Part shown: positions 25,321-33,368 of the stretch, one piece after another
How positions within the stretch are numbered: position 1 is the first letter of the stretch
Layout: the number at the start of each line of letters is the position of its first letter
From: a virus
Taxonomy: Duplodnaviria > Heunggongvirae > Uroviricota > Caudoviricetes
IMG/VR virus record: IMGVR_UViG_3300010401_000032
Location: 26,145-90,144 of that record
DNA length: 64,000 nt
Reading direction: 5' to 3' (one strand)
Position numbers and translations under genes: made by a program
The notes under the pieces: generated by a model
Databases searched by the model: none
What the model was told of the DNA's origin: nothing
Seen by the model: the letters and a program-made list of their open reading frames with translations, nothing else

Positions 25321-25713
25321 ATGAAACGGTCTCTCCTCCAGGAAGCCCTGCGGATTGCCATCCGCAAGAACACTCCTGAAACTCACGAAGAGTGGAAAAA
25401 TTACGCCCACTTTACGTTCGTTGTGCAAGGAAATAAAATCGTAGAATGGGGAACAAACCGAAAAGGTGAAGCGTCTATCGTGTTTGGATTTGATCCCTCC
25501 CGACATAAGACCCACGCTGAGATCGATGCTTATCAAAAGGCTCGCGGACTCTTGAAAAAGAACAAACCTTTTGAAGTAATTAACGTGCGACTTAATCGAA
25601 CAAATGATACTCGTCTTTCGGCACCTTGTAAATGCTGCACGGCATTCCTTAATTCAATTGGCTGTAGAAAGACGTGGTTTACTACTGACCTTGGATGGGC
25701 AGTAACAGGATAA
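25321..25713 (+). CDS. cytidine/deoxycytidylate-deaminase-fold zinc enzyme (possibly tRNA adenosine deaminase-like)
   Basis: HAEIDA (H[AC]E) and PCKCC (PCxxC) zinc-binding motifs at correct spacing; 130 aa. Confidence 0.55.
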   Translation: MKRSLLQEALRIAIRKNTPETHEEWKNYAHFTFVVQGNKIVEWGTNRKGEASIVFGFDPSRHKTHAEIDAYQKARGLLKKNKPFEVINVRLNRTNDTRLSAPCKCCTAFLNSIGCRKTWFTTDLGWAVTG

Positions 25714-25721
25714 CTTAGTAC

Positions 25722-25799
25722 CCGCAAGAAGCATAATCGGTATATGCTCCGAGCTTATATCTCGGCGACAGGTGGGTTCGAATCCTCCCTTGCGGACCA
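25722..25799 (+). tRNA. tRNA with anticodon TAT (Ile2-like, AUA-reading)
   Basis: Acceptor CCGCAAG/CTTGCGG (perfect 7 bp). D-stem GCAT/ATGC. Anticodon stem CCGAG/CTCGG, loop CTTATAT. T-arm GTGGG-TTCGAAT-CCTCC (one mismatch). CCA encoded. A8 instead of U8. Confidence 0.5.
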
Positions 25800-25811
25800 A
25801 TACACAAAAAT

Positions 25812-25934
25812 ATGGACGACACAATTATTCAGGAAGTAATGGAATTCGGATGCAAAGTCTGCGGCGAGCCTATTGAAGAATACGGTATTTGCCAGGATTG
25901 TATTGAAGCACACGTAGATAGCGATGGAAACTGA
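25812..25934 (+). CDS. small zinc-ribbon protein (40 aa)
   Basis: MDDTIIQEVMEFGCKVCGEPIEEYGICQDCIEAHVDSDGN; CxxC-x10-CxxC. Confidence 0.3.
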   Translation: MDDTIIQEVMEFGCKVCGEPIEEYGICQDCIEAHVDSDGN

Positions 25935-26297
25935 GGGCGAGTATTTCATTAAACACTGGCCAAGCTCGATCGGCTGGCTTGCGTTAAATGCTCCACTAGA
26001 AGTCCTCCACTGTATTGATATTTTAAGCACAGATTATCAATGGATAGCTAGGCAATATGATCTGCTTAAAACAGAGTATAATCTGGGTCTAAAGTATTAT
26101 TCTCCAAATTAAATGTCCGCTGTTCCCGATACCGGTCTTCTAAACCGATGGCTTTAAATAATTGGGTGGAGCCGTAATGTTCAATTCATTCAGCGGATGC
26201 CAATATAGTCTAATTAATTAGATTTCTGTAGACCGACTAAGACGTTAGGGGTGTACTATCCATAGGGTAGATCCTACATCTTAGAGGAGGAAATCTA

Positions 26298-27953
26298 ATG
26301 AAATTTTTGACAACTGTGGTTTTAGCATGTATTTTAAGTTTAAATGCGTTTGGGCAACAGGTCCAAATGGGGAACGGCCGAGACGCCCAAGGCTGGACGA
26401 CATTTACAGCAAGTGCAGATACCCGCACTATCTATGTAAGTAGCTCGACCGGTAATGACGCTAACGATGGACTAACTCCCTCGACTCCCAAGCGTACGAT
26501 CGCGACAGGCAAGGCATTATTACGTAATACGTTTCCAGACTGGTTGCTTTTAAAGAGAGGCGACACTTGGCACGAAAATTTCGGCCAATGGAAAACCGGC
26601 GGACGTTCTCCGCAAGAGATGATGGTAGTAGGAGCCTATGGAGACGGCGAACGCCCACTATTGCTAACAGGAGCACAAGATGGTATTTACGCTTTTGCCA
26701 ATAACGGGACTCCAAATAGAATTAGCAATATTGCTTTCGTGAGCTTATCATTTATAGCAGATACCTATGACGGCAGCCAATCATGCCAAGGTATTGAATG
26801 GTTACTAACCGGCACAAACATGTTGGTCGAAGACCTTAGCGTTCAAGGATATAATGGCGGAATAGTTGTTTCATCTACCTCTGGCGATAACAACGATTTA
26901 ATGAGTCATAACCTTGTCATTAGACGTAACGAAGTGCTTGATTGTTATGCTTTAAATAATGTAAGCAATAGCGAAGGCATGTTCATCTGGCATGTCGAGG
27001 GCATTCTCATTGAAGAGAACGTACTCGATCACAACGGATGGAACGACAACGTTCCTGGTGCCGGTGCGACAATGTTTAATCAAAACGTTTATATCCAAAA
27101 CGGATGTCTCAACGCGACTTTCATTAACAACATTTCATGTCGTGCAGGATCGCACGGACTACAACAACGCTGCGGCGGTCTGACCCAGAATAACCTATTT
27201 ATAGGTAATTCACTCGGTCTAATGAGCGGCGGCGGATCTTTCCCAGAGCACGATGGCGTGCAATGTATCGTAGATAGAAATATTATCACTGAACCAAAAG
27301 ATATTTCGCCGAGCCTTCCAAGAGGATGCTCGCTTGAAATATCAAATATCACAAACGGTAGCGTAACTAATAATCTAATCTTTAGAAACTTAGACGCTCA
27401 CGATCCTCGTGGTATTTATATTCACGGAACTGCTGTTGCTAATGACGGGACACCCACGATCGGCGTTCACAATGTTCTACTTTCTAGAAATGTGATTTAC
27501 AATATGCCTCAACCCTTTTTAATTGAGGGTAACGCAACGCAAATTACTGGTATCACTATGAGGGGTAATGACGCCCAGGATCACGTAGGTCTATTGCAAT
27601 GGATTCACTTGTGGAACCAAATGAACGCATCGGCTGCTGCCAATATTCAAAGCACAAATAATACGTTCTGGAGTGATCACTTGCCAGCAGGCGATTGGAT
27701 GTATGTAGGTACACCAATGAACTTTGCTCAATGGCAAGCGGCATTACATGACAATTCTTCTACGGTTGTCAATAAAGGATATTTCGACAGTAACGCGACG
27801 ATTGCGTCATACAACGCATTCGCTGGCGGACAAGCTACGTTGGCCGATTTCTATACTCAAATCAGAGCACAGAGAAAAGGTCACTGGAATGCATTCTACA
27901 CAACTGCGGTTATTAATCGCTGGCTGAGAAGAGCATTCGATATGCAGAAGTAA
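26298..27953 (+). CDS. secreted right-handed beta-helix (pectate-lyase-fold) protein
   Basis: RBS GGAGG. N-terminal signal peptide MKFLTTVVLACILSLNAFGQQ. Repeated NN(L/I)xxxN beta-helix rungs (NNLIFRN, NNISCRAGSHG, NNVSNSEG). Confidence 0.55.
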   Translation: MKFLTTVVLACILSLNAFGQQVQMGNGRDAQGWTTFTASADTRTIYVSSSTGNDANDGLTPSTPKRTIATGKALLRNTFPDWLLLKRGDTWHENFGQWKTGGRSPQEMMVVGAYGDGERPLLLTGAQDGIYAFANNGTPNRISNIAFVSLSFIADTYDGSQSCQGIEWLLTGTNMLVEDLSVQGYNGGIVVSSTSGDNNDLMSHNLVIRRNEVLDCYALNNVSNSEGMFIWHVEGILIEENVLDHNGWNDNVPGAGATMFNQNVYIQNGCLNATFINNISCRAGSHGLQQRCGGLTQNNLFIGNSLGLMSGGGSFPEHDGVQCIVDRNIITEPKDISPSLPRGCSLEISNITNGSVTNNLIFRNLDAHDPRGIYIHGTAVANDGTPTIGVHNVLLSRNVIYNMPQPFLIEGNATQITGITMRGNDAQDHVGLLQWIHLWNQMNASAAANIQSTNNTFWSDHLPAGDWMYVGTPMNFAQWQAALHDNSSTVVNKGYFDSNATIASYNAFAGGQATLADFYTQIRAQRKGHWNAFYTTAVINRWLRRAFDMQK

Positions 27954-28018
27954 TTACTCTTCGTAAATAGGCTTTTAGGGAGATCGGAAGAACTTTTTCC
28001 GGCCTCCCGAATTTTTAC

Positions 28019-28047
28019 TTGACACGCTCCTCGCGATAGGGTATAAT
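28019..28047 (+). promoter_or_regulatory. consensus sigma70 promoter TTGACA-17-TATAAT, near-leaderless to ATG 28056
   Basis: TTGACA 28019-28024, TATAAT 28042-28047, ATG 8 nt downstream. Confidence 0.65.
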
Positions 28048-28055
28048 ACGGCGGT

Positions 28056-28316
28056 ATGACTATCAAAGAAGAGATCGAAAAACTAAACGTACAAATTCGT
28101 GGATTGTACGACGAAATCAAAAAACTACAGGATCAGTGTCTTCATCCGAAGTTTGTTCGGGGACTCACTATGGTTGCCTGCGTGCAATCTTGCTACATTT
28201 GTGAAGATTGTGGTTTTACAAAACCCATGCCAATCGAAGACATGACAGAATCGACCGATAAGACCTACTGGGAGTTTAACGGAAGCATTTTTCCCCTTGA
28301 CGGATCGGCAGGATAG
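28056..28316 (+). CDS. hypothetical Cys-containing small protein
   Basis: 86-aa ORF. Confidence 0.4.
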   Translation: MTIKEEIEKLNVQIRGLYDEIKKLQDQCLHPKFVRGLTMVACVQSCYICEDCGFTKPMPIEDMTESTDKTYWEFNGSIFPLDGSAG

Positions 28317-28414
28317 GGTATAATAGAGCACATTGGGTCCGAAGCATTAACAGTGATGCTCTCGCCTTTTAAGCCTGAGAAGAAGGGGCAGTACCTTCCG
28401 GACTCACCAAAACA

Positions 28415-28639
28415 ATGAAGATGACAGAAATTCCCATCGGTAAGCCTTTCAGGATTATCGATAATCAATGGTATAACCAATTTGTATTTGAGCGTCTAGA
28501 CCACGCTCAAATCCGAAATTTGGATACAGGTGACGTTGGAGAAATCAATCATTTTCTTGAAATAGAAGAGGTCGCGGAGTACATTCCTGGCGACCCCGAA
28601 CGAATCAAGCGATATCTGGCAAAGAAGGTGACACAATGA
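28415..28639 (+). CDS. hypothetical protein
   Basis: 74-aa ORF. Confidence 0.35.
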   Translation: MKMTEIPIGKPFRIIDNQWYNQFVFERLDHAQIRNLDTGDVGEINHFLEIEEVAEYIPGDPERIKRYLAKKVTQ

Positions 28640-29109
28640 CCCACACGAACCGCGATCTATTACAAGCAATCAACCTAGCGTTGCTGGCACACGGTTCGCA
28701 ATTGGACAAGGCGGGAATGCCCTATATTCTACACCCCCTGTATGTCATGGGGCAGGTAGATTCGACCGATGCAAAAATTGTAGCAGTATTGCATGACGTT
28801 ATTGAAGACACCGCAGTAACATTTGTTTACAATCGAATCTGCGAACTTGTAGGTATCAGTCTTTGGGGAACCACTTATTTCTTCGAAGATAAGATTCTGC
28901 ACGCCTTAGAAGCGATCACACATCGTAAGGGCGAGACGAACATACAGTATTGGACCCGCGTTAAGGCTAACCCGCTCGCCCTTACGGTGAAGCTGGCAGA
29001 CATCGCACACAACTCTTCGGAAGGGCGGCTAGCTGCCCTTCCGAAGGGTGAACAAGAGCGTTTACGTGCCAAGTATCACATGGCAAGAGAATATCTACTG
29101 GAAACTTAA
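28636..29109 (+). CDS. HD-domain small alarmone hydrolase (RelA/SpoT hydrolase-like)
   Basis: HGSQLDKAGMPYILHPLYV ... LHDVIEDT matches SpoT/Mesh1 hydrolase HD motifs. Confidence 0.6.
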   Translation: MTHTNRDLLQAINLALLAHGSQLDKAGMPYILHPLYVMGQVDSTDAKIVAVLHDVIEDTAVTFVYNRICELVGISLWGTTYFFEDKILHALEAITHRKGETNIQYWTRVKANPLALTVKLADIAHNSSEGRLAALPKGEQERLRAKYHMAREYLLET

Positions 29110-29111
29110 AT

Positions 29112-29750
29112 ATGCGACGTAACAAAGATCTATGTGTTAAGATTGCCCGCGACGTTCTTTTACAGCTTAAAAAAGGACGCTACGATCCCGTTCCCGGTAT
29201 TTATATTGAAGTAAATCTTGGTAGTCTTTTTGAAGACCATAATGGCGATATCATTGAAACCGTGAATGATCCGTTTGATGAAAGTGACGATCCTGAAATA
29301 AAGATTGTTGCAAAACCAGGCGGTTCTTTTAAGAAATTATTTAAAGAAGAAAAAGAGATTACTTGTACCGTCTGTGCCCTGGGAGCAGCTTTCATATCGT
29401 TAATCAACGTAAGAAATCGGTGTTCCAATGGCGAAGTAATAAATAATTCTCCTGAGAATATGTTCGATCGACTGGAAAAGGTCTTCGGTCAGCGTAATAT
29501 AGGTTTAATGGAAACGGCATTTGAAACAGAACCAATGCGGTTCGCTATGGGATTATCTCAAGTAGACATTGAGGCCGCTATTGAATATGGCGACCAATAT
29601 AAGAACGACACAGAACGCCTTCGTATGATTATGCGTAACGTTATTCGTAACAAGGGAGACTTTATTCTTCCACAGAAAATTGTTAAGCGTGTCGAGATGG
29701 AGTTGAGTGGAAAAAGGCAACGTATTATCCCGTATGACATGTACTATTAA
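29112..29750 (+). CDS. hypothetical protein
   Basis: 212-aa ORF. Confidence 0.45.
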   Translation: MRRNKDLCVKIARDVLLQLKKGRYDPVPGIYIEVNLGSLFEDHNGDIIETVNDPFDESDDPEIKIVAKPGGSFKKLFKEEKEITCTVCALGAAFISLINVRNRCSNGEVINNSPENMFDRLEKVFGQRNIGLMETAFETEPMRFAMGLSQVDIEAAIEYGDQYKNDTERLRMIMRNVIRNKGDFILPQKIVKRVEMELSGKRQRIIPYDMYY

Positions 29751-29752
29751 TT

Positions 29753-29836
29753 GGCCCCGTGGTGGAATGCAGACACAATAGACTCAAAATCTATCGCCCT
29801 TAAAGCGTGCCGGTGCAAGTCCGGCCGGGGCTACCA
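29753..29836 (+). tRNA. tRNA-Leu(CAA), type II
   Basis: Acceptor GGCCCCG/CGGGGCT. D-stem GTG/CAC. Anticodon stem ATAGA/TCTAT, loop CTCAAAA. 14-nt variable arm. T-arm GCCGG-TGCAAGT-CCGGC. CCA encoded. Confidence 0.65.
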
Positions 29837-29853
29837 AACCCTAGCGAAGAGCT

Positions 29854-30015
29854 ATGAAAGCACAGAAATTTAAACTAATCATCGAAAGCGATAAAAAGAT
29901 CACGACGAGTGATGTCCTTGATTTACTTCAAAAGCACCTCCAGGTCACAATCACCTCGTTAGCGGTAGTCGACTGGGACACGAAAGAAGCAGAAGGGATC
30001 TATTCACTAGAATGA
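29854..30015 (+). CDS. small hypothetical protein (53 aa)
   Basis: ATG 29854; stop TGA overlaps ATG of RNA ligase (ATGA). Confidence 0.3.
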   Translation: MKAQKFKLIIESDKKITTSDVLDLLQKHLQVTITSLAVVDWDTKEAEGIYSLE

Positions 30016-31082
30016 GCGATCTATTAGTTAGAGTAGTAAAAGTAGACGAAGTGAATCGGCATCCGAATGCTGATAAGCTTGAAATAGTTAAAGTTGGAGG
30101 CTGGCAGATTGTGTCTGGCCTTGGCAATTACAAGGTCGGCGATCTAGTGGTTCACGTGCCGCCCGAGTGTCTCGTGCCCAAAGAGTGGGCCGATAAGTGG
30201 TCCGTGACTCCCTATCTATCGTGGAAGTCCAACGCGGCCAAGGGCAGAGTGAAGGCGGTAAAACTTCGCCAAGCGGCGAGCTATGGATTTCTAGCTCCCA
30301 ACGAATCTGGAGCGGAAATTGACACAAACGTTGCCGACTTCTATGGAATTGAGAAATACGAAGAGCCCGAACCGCTCGATTTTGGCCAAGCGGCCCGTCA
30401 ACATCCATACTTCCATAAATACACTGATATTGCGAGCCTCCGGAACTTTCCAAAAAGCTTAAAATATGATGAACCAGTTTGGGTAACTGAAAAGCTGCAT
30501 GGAACAAACTCAAGGGTCGGATGGATAAAATCTCAAGATGAAAATGGGACCCCATACCTTGAAAAAGTCATCGGCACTCATCGCACTCAGCGTAAACTTG
30601 AGAATGCCGGTGTCTATGGGCTGCCGTTTGAATTATACGGCGACGGGCTTGAAAAAGCGAAGAGCTTAATAGAAGACGTAATGAAAACGCCGATAGATTC
30701 AATTATTTTCTTTGGCGAAATCTTTGGTCCCGGCGTTCAAGATCTACAATACGGTCTAAAAGACAAGGACTGGAGACTATTCGATATTGCTGTAAATGGC
30801 GAATATTTTCCTTATGACTACATAAGAGAGGTTTCTAGTCAGTGCAATATACCGATCGTGCCTAATTACGCTCCCTATATGTACAGCTTTGAGCAATTGT
30901 GCGAACTAGCAGAAGGTAAATCCGCATTAGCGGAAGGACAAATAAAAGAAGGTATTGTGGTCCGTCCAATGCGAGAACTTACATGGGGAAAGGGTGAACT
31001 TGATCCCAATCCAAAACGAATGATTTTCAAGCTTATAAACTCAGATTACCTATGCCGAAAAGGCGGAACAGAAAAACACTAA
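30012..31082 (+). CDS. RNA ligase (Rnl2/Rnl5-like nucleotidyltransferase) with N-terminal tRNA-binding OB (EMAP/Myf-like) domain
   Basis: N-terminal VVKVDEVNRHPNADKLEIVKVGGWQIVSG resembles the MetRS/PheRS-beta tRNA-binding domain; ligase motif I KLHGTN. Confidence 0.65.
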   Translation: MSDLLVRVVKVDEVNRHPNADKLEIVKVGGWQIVSGLGNYKVGDLVVHVPPECLVPKEWADKWSVTPYLSWKSNAAKGRVKAVKLRQAASYGFLAPNESGAEIDTNVADFYGIEKYEEPEPLDFGQAARQHPYFHKYTDIASLRNFPKSLKYDEPVWVTEKLHGTNSRVGWIKSQDENGTPYLEKVIGTHRTQRKLENAGVYGLPFELYGDGLEKAKSLIEDVMKTPIDSIIFFGEIFGPGVQDLQYGLKDKDWRLFDIAVNGEYFPYDYIREVSSQCNIPIVPNYAPYMYSFEQLCELAEGKSALAEGQIKEGIVVRPMRELTWGKGELDPNPKRMIFKLINSDYLCRKGGTEKH

Positions 31083-31177
31083 TATGCATGACGAAAAGCG
31101 ACCTGTCCCGAGAGGCAGGAGAATTGTAAAGGCTGGAATAGTCGGCCTCGTAATTATCCTAATTATTATCATCGGAA

Positions 31178-31402
31178 TTGATAACGACCTGTTCGAGGGA
31201 TTCGATGATTGAACTACTAAAAGATCCGCGTTATCTTTGGTTTTTATTTAACTGCCAATTACTTGGATTAAACTTTGGACTTCTTATATCGTCATTCTTT
31301 AAACACGAGTACGTCTTTATTGCTATTCTCGCCCTGGGAACAATAGCTGGAATATATAATGTCATTGTTTCGAGAGCAAAATGGCTTAATTCATATGAAT
31401 AA
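31178..31402 (+). CDS. small membrane protein
   Basis: 74 aa, two TM segments. Confidence 0.3.
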   Translation: MITTCSRDSMIELLKDPRYLWFLFNCQLLGLNFGLLISSFFKHEYVFIAILALGTIAGIYNVIVSRAKWLNSYE

Positions 31403-31583
31403 CATATTCATCAAACTTTTCGTGGTGCTAATTATAGTGCCAACATTAGCATTCGTGGGCATCGACGCCGGATTTTGGCTACTTAATCAGCCGTCCGACC
31501 TAGCGGACTTCGGCGGTTTAATCGTTCTCTTTATCACCGCAATCTCCTGTTTTTCAATTTTAAGGAAAGTATTTAAGCAATGA
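31359..31583 (+). CDS. small membrane protein
   Basis: 74 aa, two TM segments. Confidence 0.3.
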   Translation: MSLFREQNGLIHMNNIFIKLFVVLIIVPTLAFVGIDAGFWLLNQPSDLADFGGLIVLFITAISCFSILRKVFKQ

Positions 31584-32428
31584 AAGCATTTTTCACATTT
31601 CTAACCGTTATCAGCCTTTGTGCATGTACTAAGGTTGAACCGGGATATGTCGGCATTAAAGTTAACCAATACGGAAGCCAGAAGGGCGTAGAGGATTTCC
31701 CTATGCAAACTGGTATGGTATGGTATAACTTCTTTACAACAGAAGTATATAAGTGGCCTACCTTCCGCCAAAATATCATTTGGACAAAGGGTCACGACGA
31801 AGGCTCACCGAACGACGATAGTATTACTTTCAATTCTATTGAAGGCTCTGTTGTCAACGCAGACATTGGCCTTTCGTATTCTCTTCGTGCAGCAGAAGTG
31901 CCCCTCGTTTTCGTAACTTTTAGACAAGATATCGAACATATCACTCATGTCTATATTCGCTCCGAAGTACGAGACGCTATTTCACGTCATGCCAGCACTA
32001 TGAAGGTTATCGACATTTTCGGCTCGAAAAAGCAAGAGCTACTTGAAGCCGTCAAGCGAGACCTCAATGAGCATCTTGGTAAGGTTGGCTTTGAATTTGA
32101 AATGGTGTCATTTATTGGTGGATTGCGTTGCGACGAAAACGTTATGACATCGATTAATGCAACAATCCAGGCTACTCAGCTTGCTATTTCTGCTCAAAAT
32201 AAGATTGTACAATCTAAGGCCGAAGCCGACCAAGCAATTGAACGTGCTCGCGGCGAAGCTCAATCTATCATCGCGGTCGCCAAAGCACAGGCCGAGGCCA
32301 ATGATCTAGTTAATAAGTCCCTCACGCCTAATCTAGTACTATGGCGTGGAATAGATAAGTGGAATGGCACTGCACCGCAAGTACTTGGTGGAAATCTGCC
32401 GATACTGACCATGCCGGTTAAACAGTGA
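31580..32428 (+). CDS. SPFH/band-7 (HflK/prohibitin-like) domain lipoprotein
   Basis: N-terminal signal with LCAC lipobox-like Cys. Central SPFH-like region and C-terminal coiled coil (QSKAEADQAIERARGEAQSIIAVAKAQAEAN). Confidence 0.55.
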   Translation: MKAFFTFLTVISLCACTKVEPGYVGIKVNQYGSQKGVEDFPMQTGMVWYNFFTTEVYKWPTFRQNIIWTKGHDEGSPNDDSITFNSIEGSVVNADIGLSYSLRAAEVPLVFVTFRQDIEHITHVYIRSEVRDAISRHASTMKVIDIFGSKKQELLEAVKRDLNEHLGKVGFEFEMVSFIGGLRCDENVMTSINATIQATQLAISAQNKIVQSKAEADQAIERARGEAQSIIAVAKAQAEANDLVNKSLTPNLVLWRGIDKWNGTAPQVLGGNLPILTMPVKQ

Positions 32429-32513
32429 AAGTACTGGACAACTACAACCTTTAAATCACTATTTTCAAAATTTCTGTTTACAGTCCTCTAAATAGCGTCA
32501 TAATAGAACTATC

Positions 32514-32888
32514 ATGGCAACACAACTAACACTAGAAAACTTTACAAAAGAAACCGGCCTGAGATTTCGTGTCTCGTTAGCTCAACAACAAGCTATTAAA
32601 AGCGGTACGTTAACACGCGAGCAGGCTTTTAATGACTTCCTAGCAAATGGCGGTCTCGAAAAATTGAAGAACAAGAGTCGTCCAGAAGTACCGGATGAGG
32701 TCTACCATATGGATGGCCTTACGCTGGAAAACTTCGGCGAGTTCGTAGAGAAGAAGATCGGCGTCAGTCGTCGCTTCCGCGTATCCCGCGAACAAGCAAA
32801 GCGTATTGACGAAGGTACATTAACACGTGAGCAAGCATTACAGGAAACTATTGCCGCAAAACGGCAGGAAATGGCTAACAAAGTATGA
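32514..32888 (+). CDS. hypothetical protein with internal duplication
   Basis: Two repeats ...TLENF..FRVS..Q...GTLTREQA. Confidence 0.4.
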   Translation: MATQLTLENFTKETGLRFRVSLAQQQAIKSGTLTREQAFNDFLANGGLEKLKNKSRPEVPDEVYHMDGLTLENFGEFVEKKIGVSRRFRVSREQAKRIDEGTLTREQALQETIAAKRQEMANKV

Positions 32889-33280
32889 GTAATTTGAATT
32901 CGGTAGTACTACAGGGGCGTCTCACTGACAACCCCACTATTCACGGAGCGGAGCAAAACGTTGCACGATTTACATTGGCCGTAAATGACGGCTTTGGTGA
33001 AAAAGAAGAAGTTTCTTTCATCGATTGTGTTGCGTTCGGCAAGCAGGTTCCCGTAATCGGTAAGCACCTTGTAAAAGGTAAGCAAATCGTTGTTCGTGGC
33101 AAGATTGTTCAAAATCGCTGGGAAACGCCAGAAGGTGGGAAGCGTTCCAAGCTAGAAGTCAGACTAGAGAATTTCGAAGGCTTCTACTTCATCGGTCAGA
33201 ATAAGACTGGCGAAGCGGCTTCGACGACACCGGAAGAGCCGGTCGCAGCAGAAGTTACAAAGGGCGAAAAGCTCTTCTAA
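32885..33280 (+). CDS. ssb: single-stranded DNA-binding protein
   Basis: OB-fold SSB pattern VVLQGRLTDNP...RFTLAVN...FIDCVAFGKQ...VVRGKI..RWETPEG. Confidence 0.65.
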   Translation: MSNLNSVVLQGRLTDNPTIHGAEQNVARFTLAVNDGFGEKEEVSFIDCVAFGKQVPVIGKHLVKGKQIVVRGKIVQNRWETPEGGKRSKLEVRLENFEGFYFIGQNKTGEAASTTPEEPVAAEVTKGEKLF

Positions 33281-33334
33281 TTAGCCTTTTTCATCATATC
33301 AAGGGCCAGCGGTAAAGTTTTTTACTGTTGGCCC

Positions 33335-33362
33335 TTGACATTATGTAAAGGTGTGCTATACT
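33335..33362 (+). promoter_or_regulatory. sigma70-type promoter TTGACA-16-TATACT, leaderless to ATG 33369
   Basis: TTGACA 33335-33340, TATACT 33357-33362, ATG 6 nt downstream; preceded by 10-bp inverted repeat 33301-33336. Confidence 0.55.
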
Positions 33363-33368
33363 ATAGAG

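Noticed and set aside
15420-29836. tRNA array as a prophage integration hotspot (attP/attB) with an integrase
   Set aside because: No integrase, excisionase or recombinase gene is present in the window. The gene content (own sigma factor, RNR, ThyX, many tRNAs, homing endonucleases) matches a virulent large phage.
33301-33336. 10-bp inverted repeat AAGGGCCAGC/GTTGGCCCTT as an intrinsic terminator for ssb
   Set aside because: The loop is 16 nt and there is no U-tract after the stem, and it overlaps the -35 of the next promoter. More likely a regulatory or coincidental structure than a terminator.
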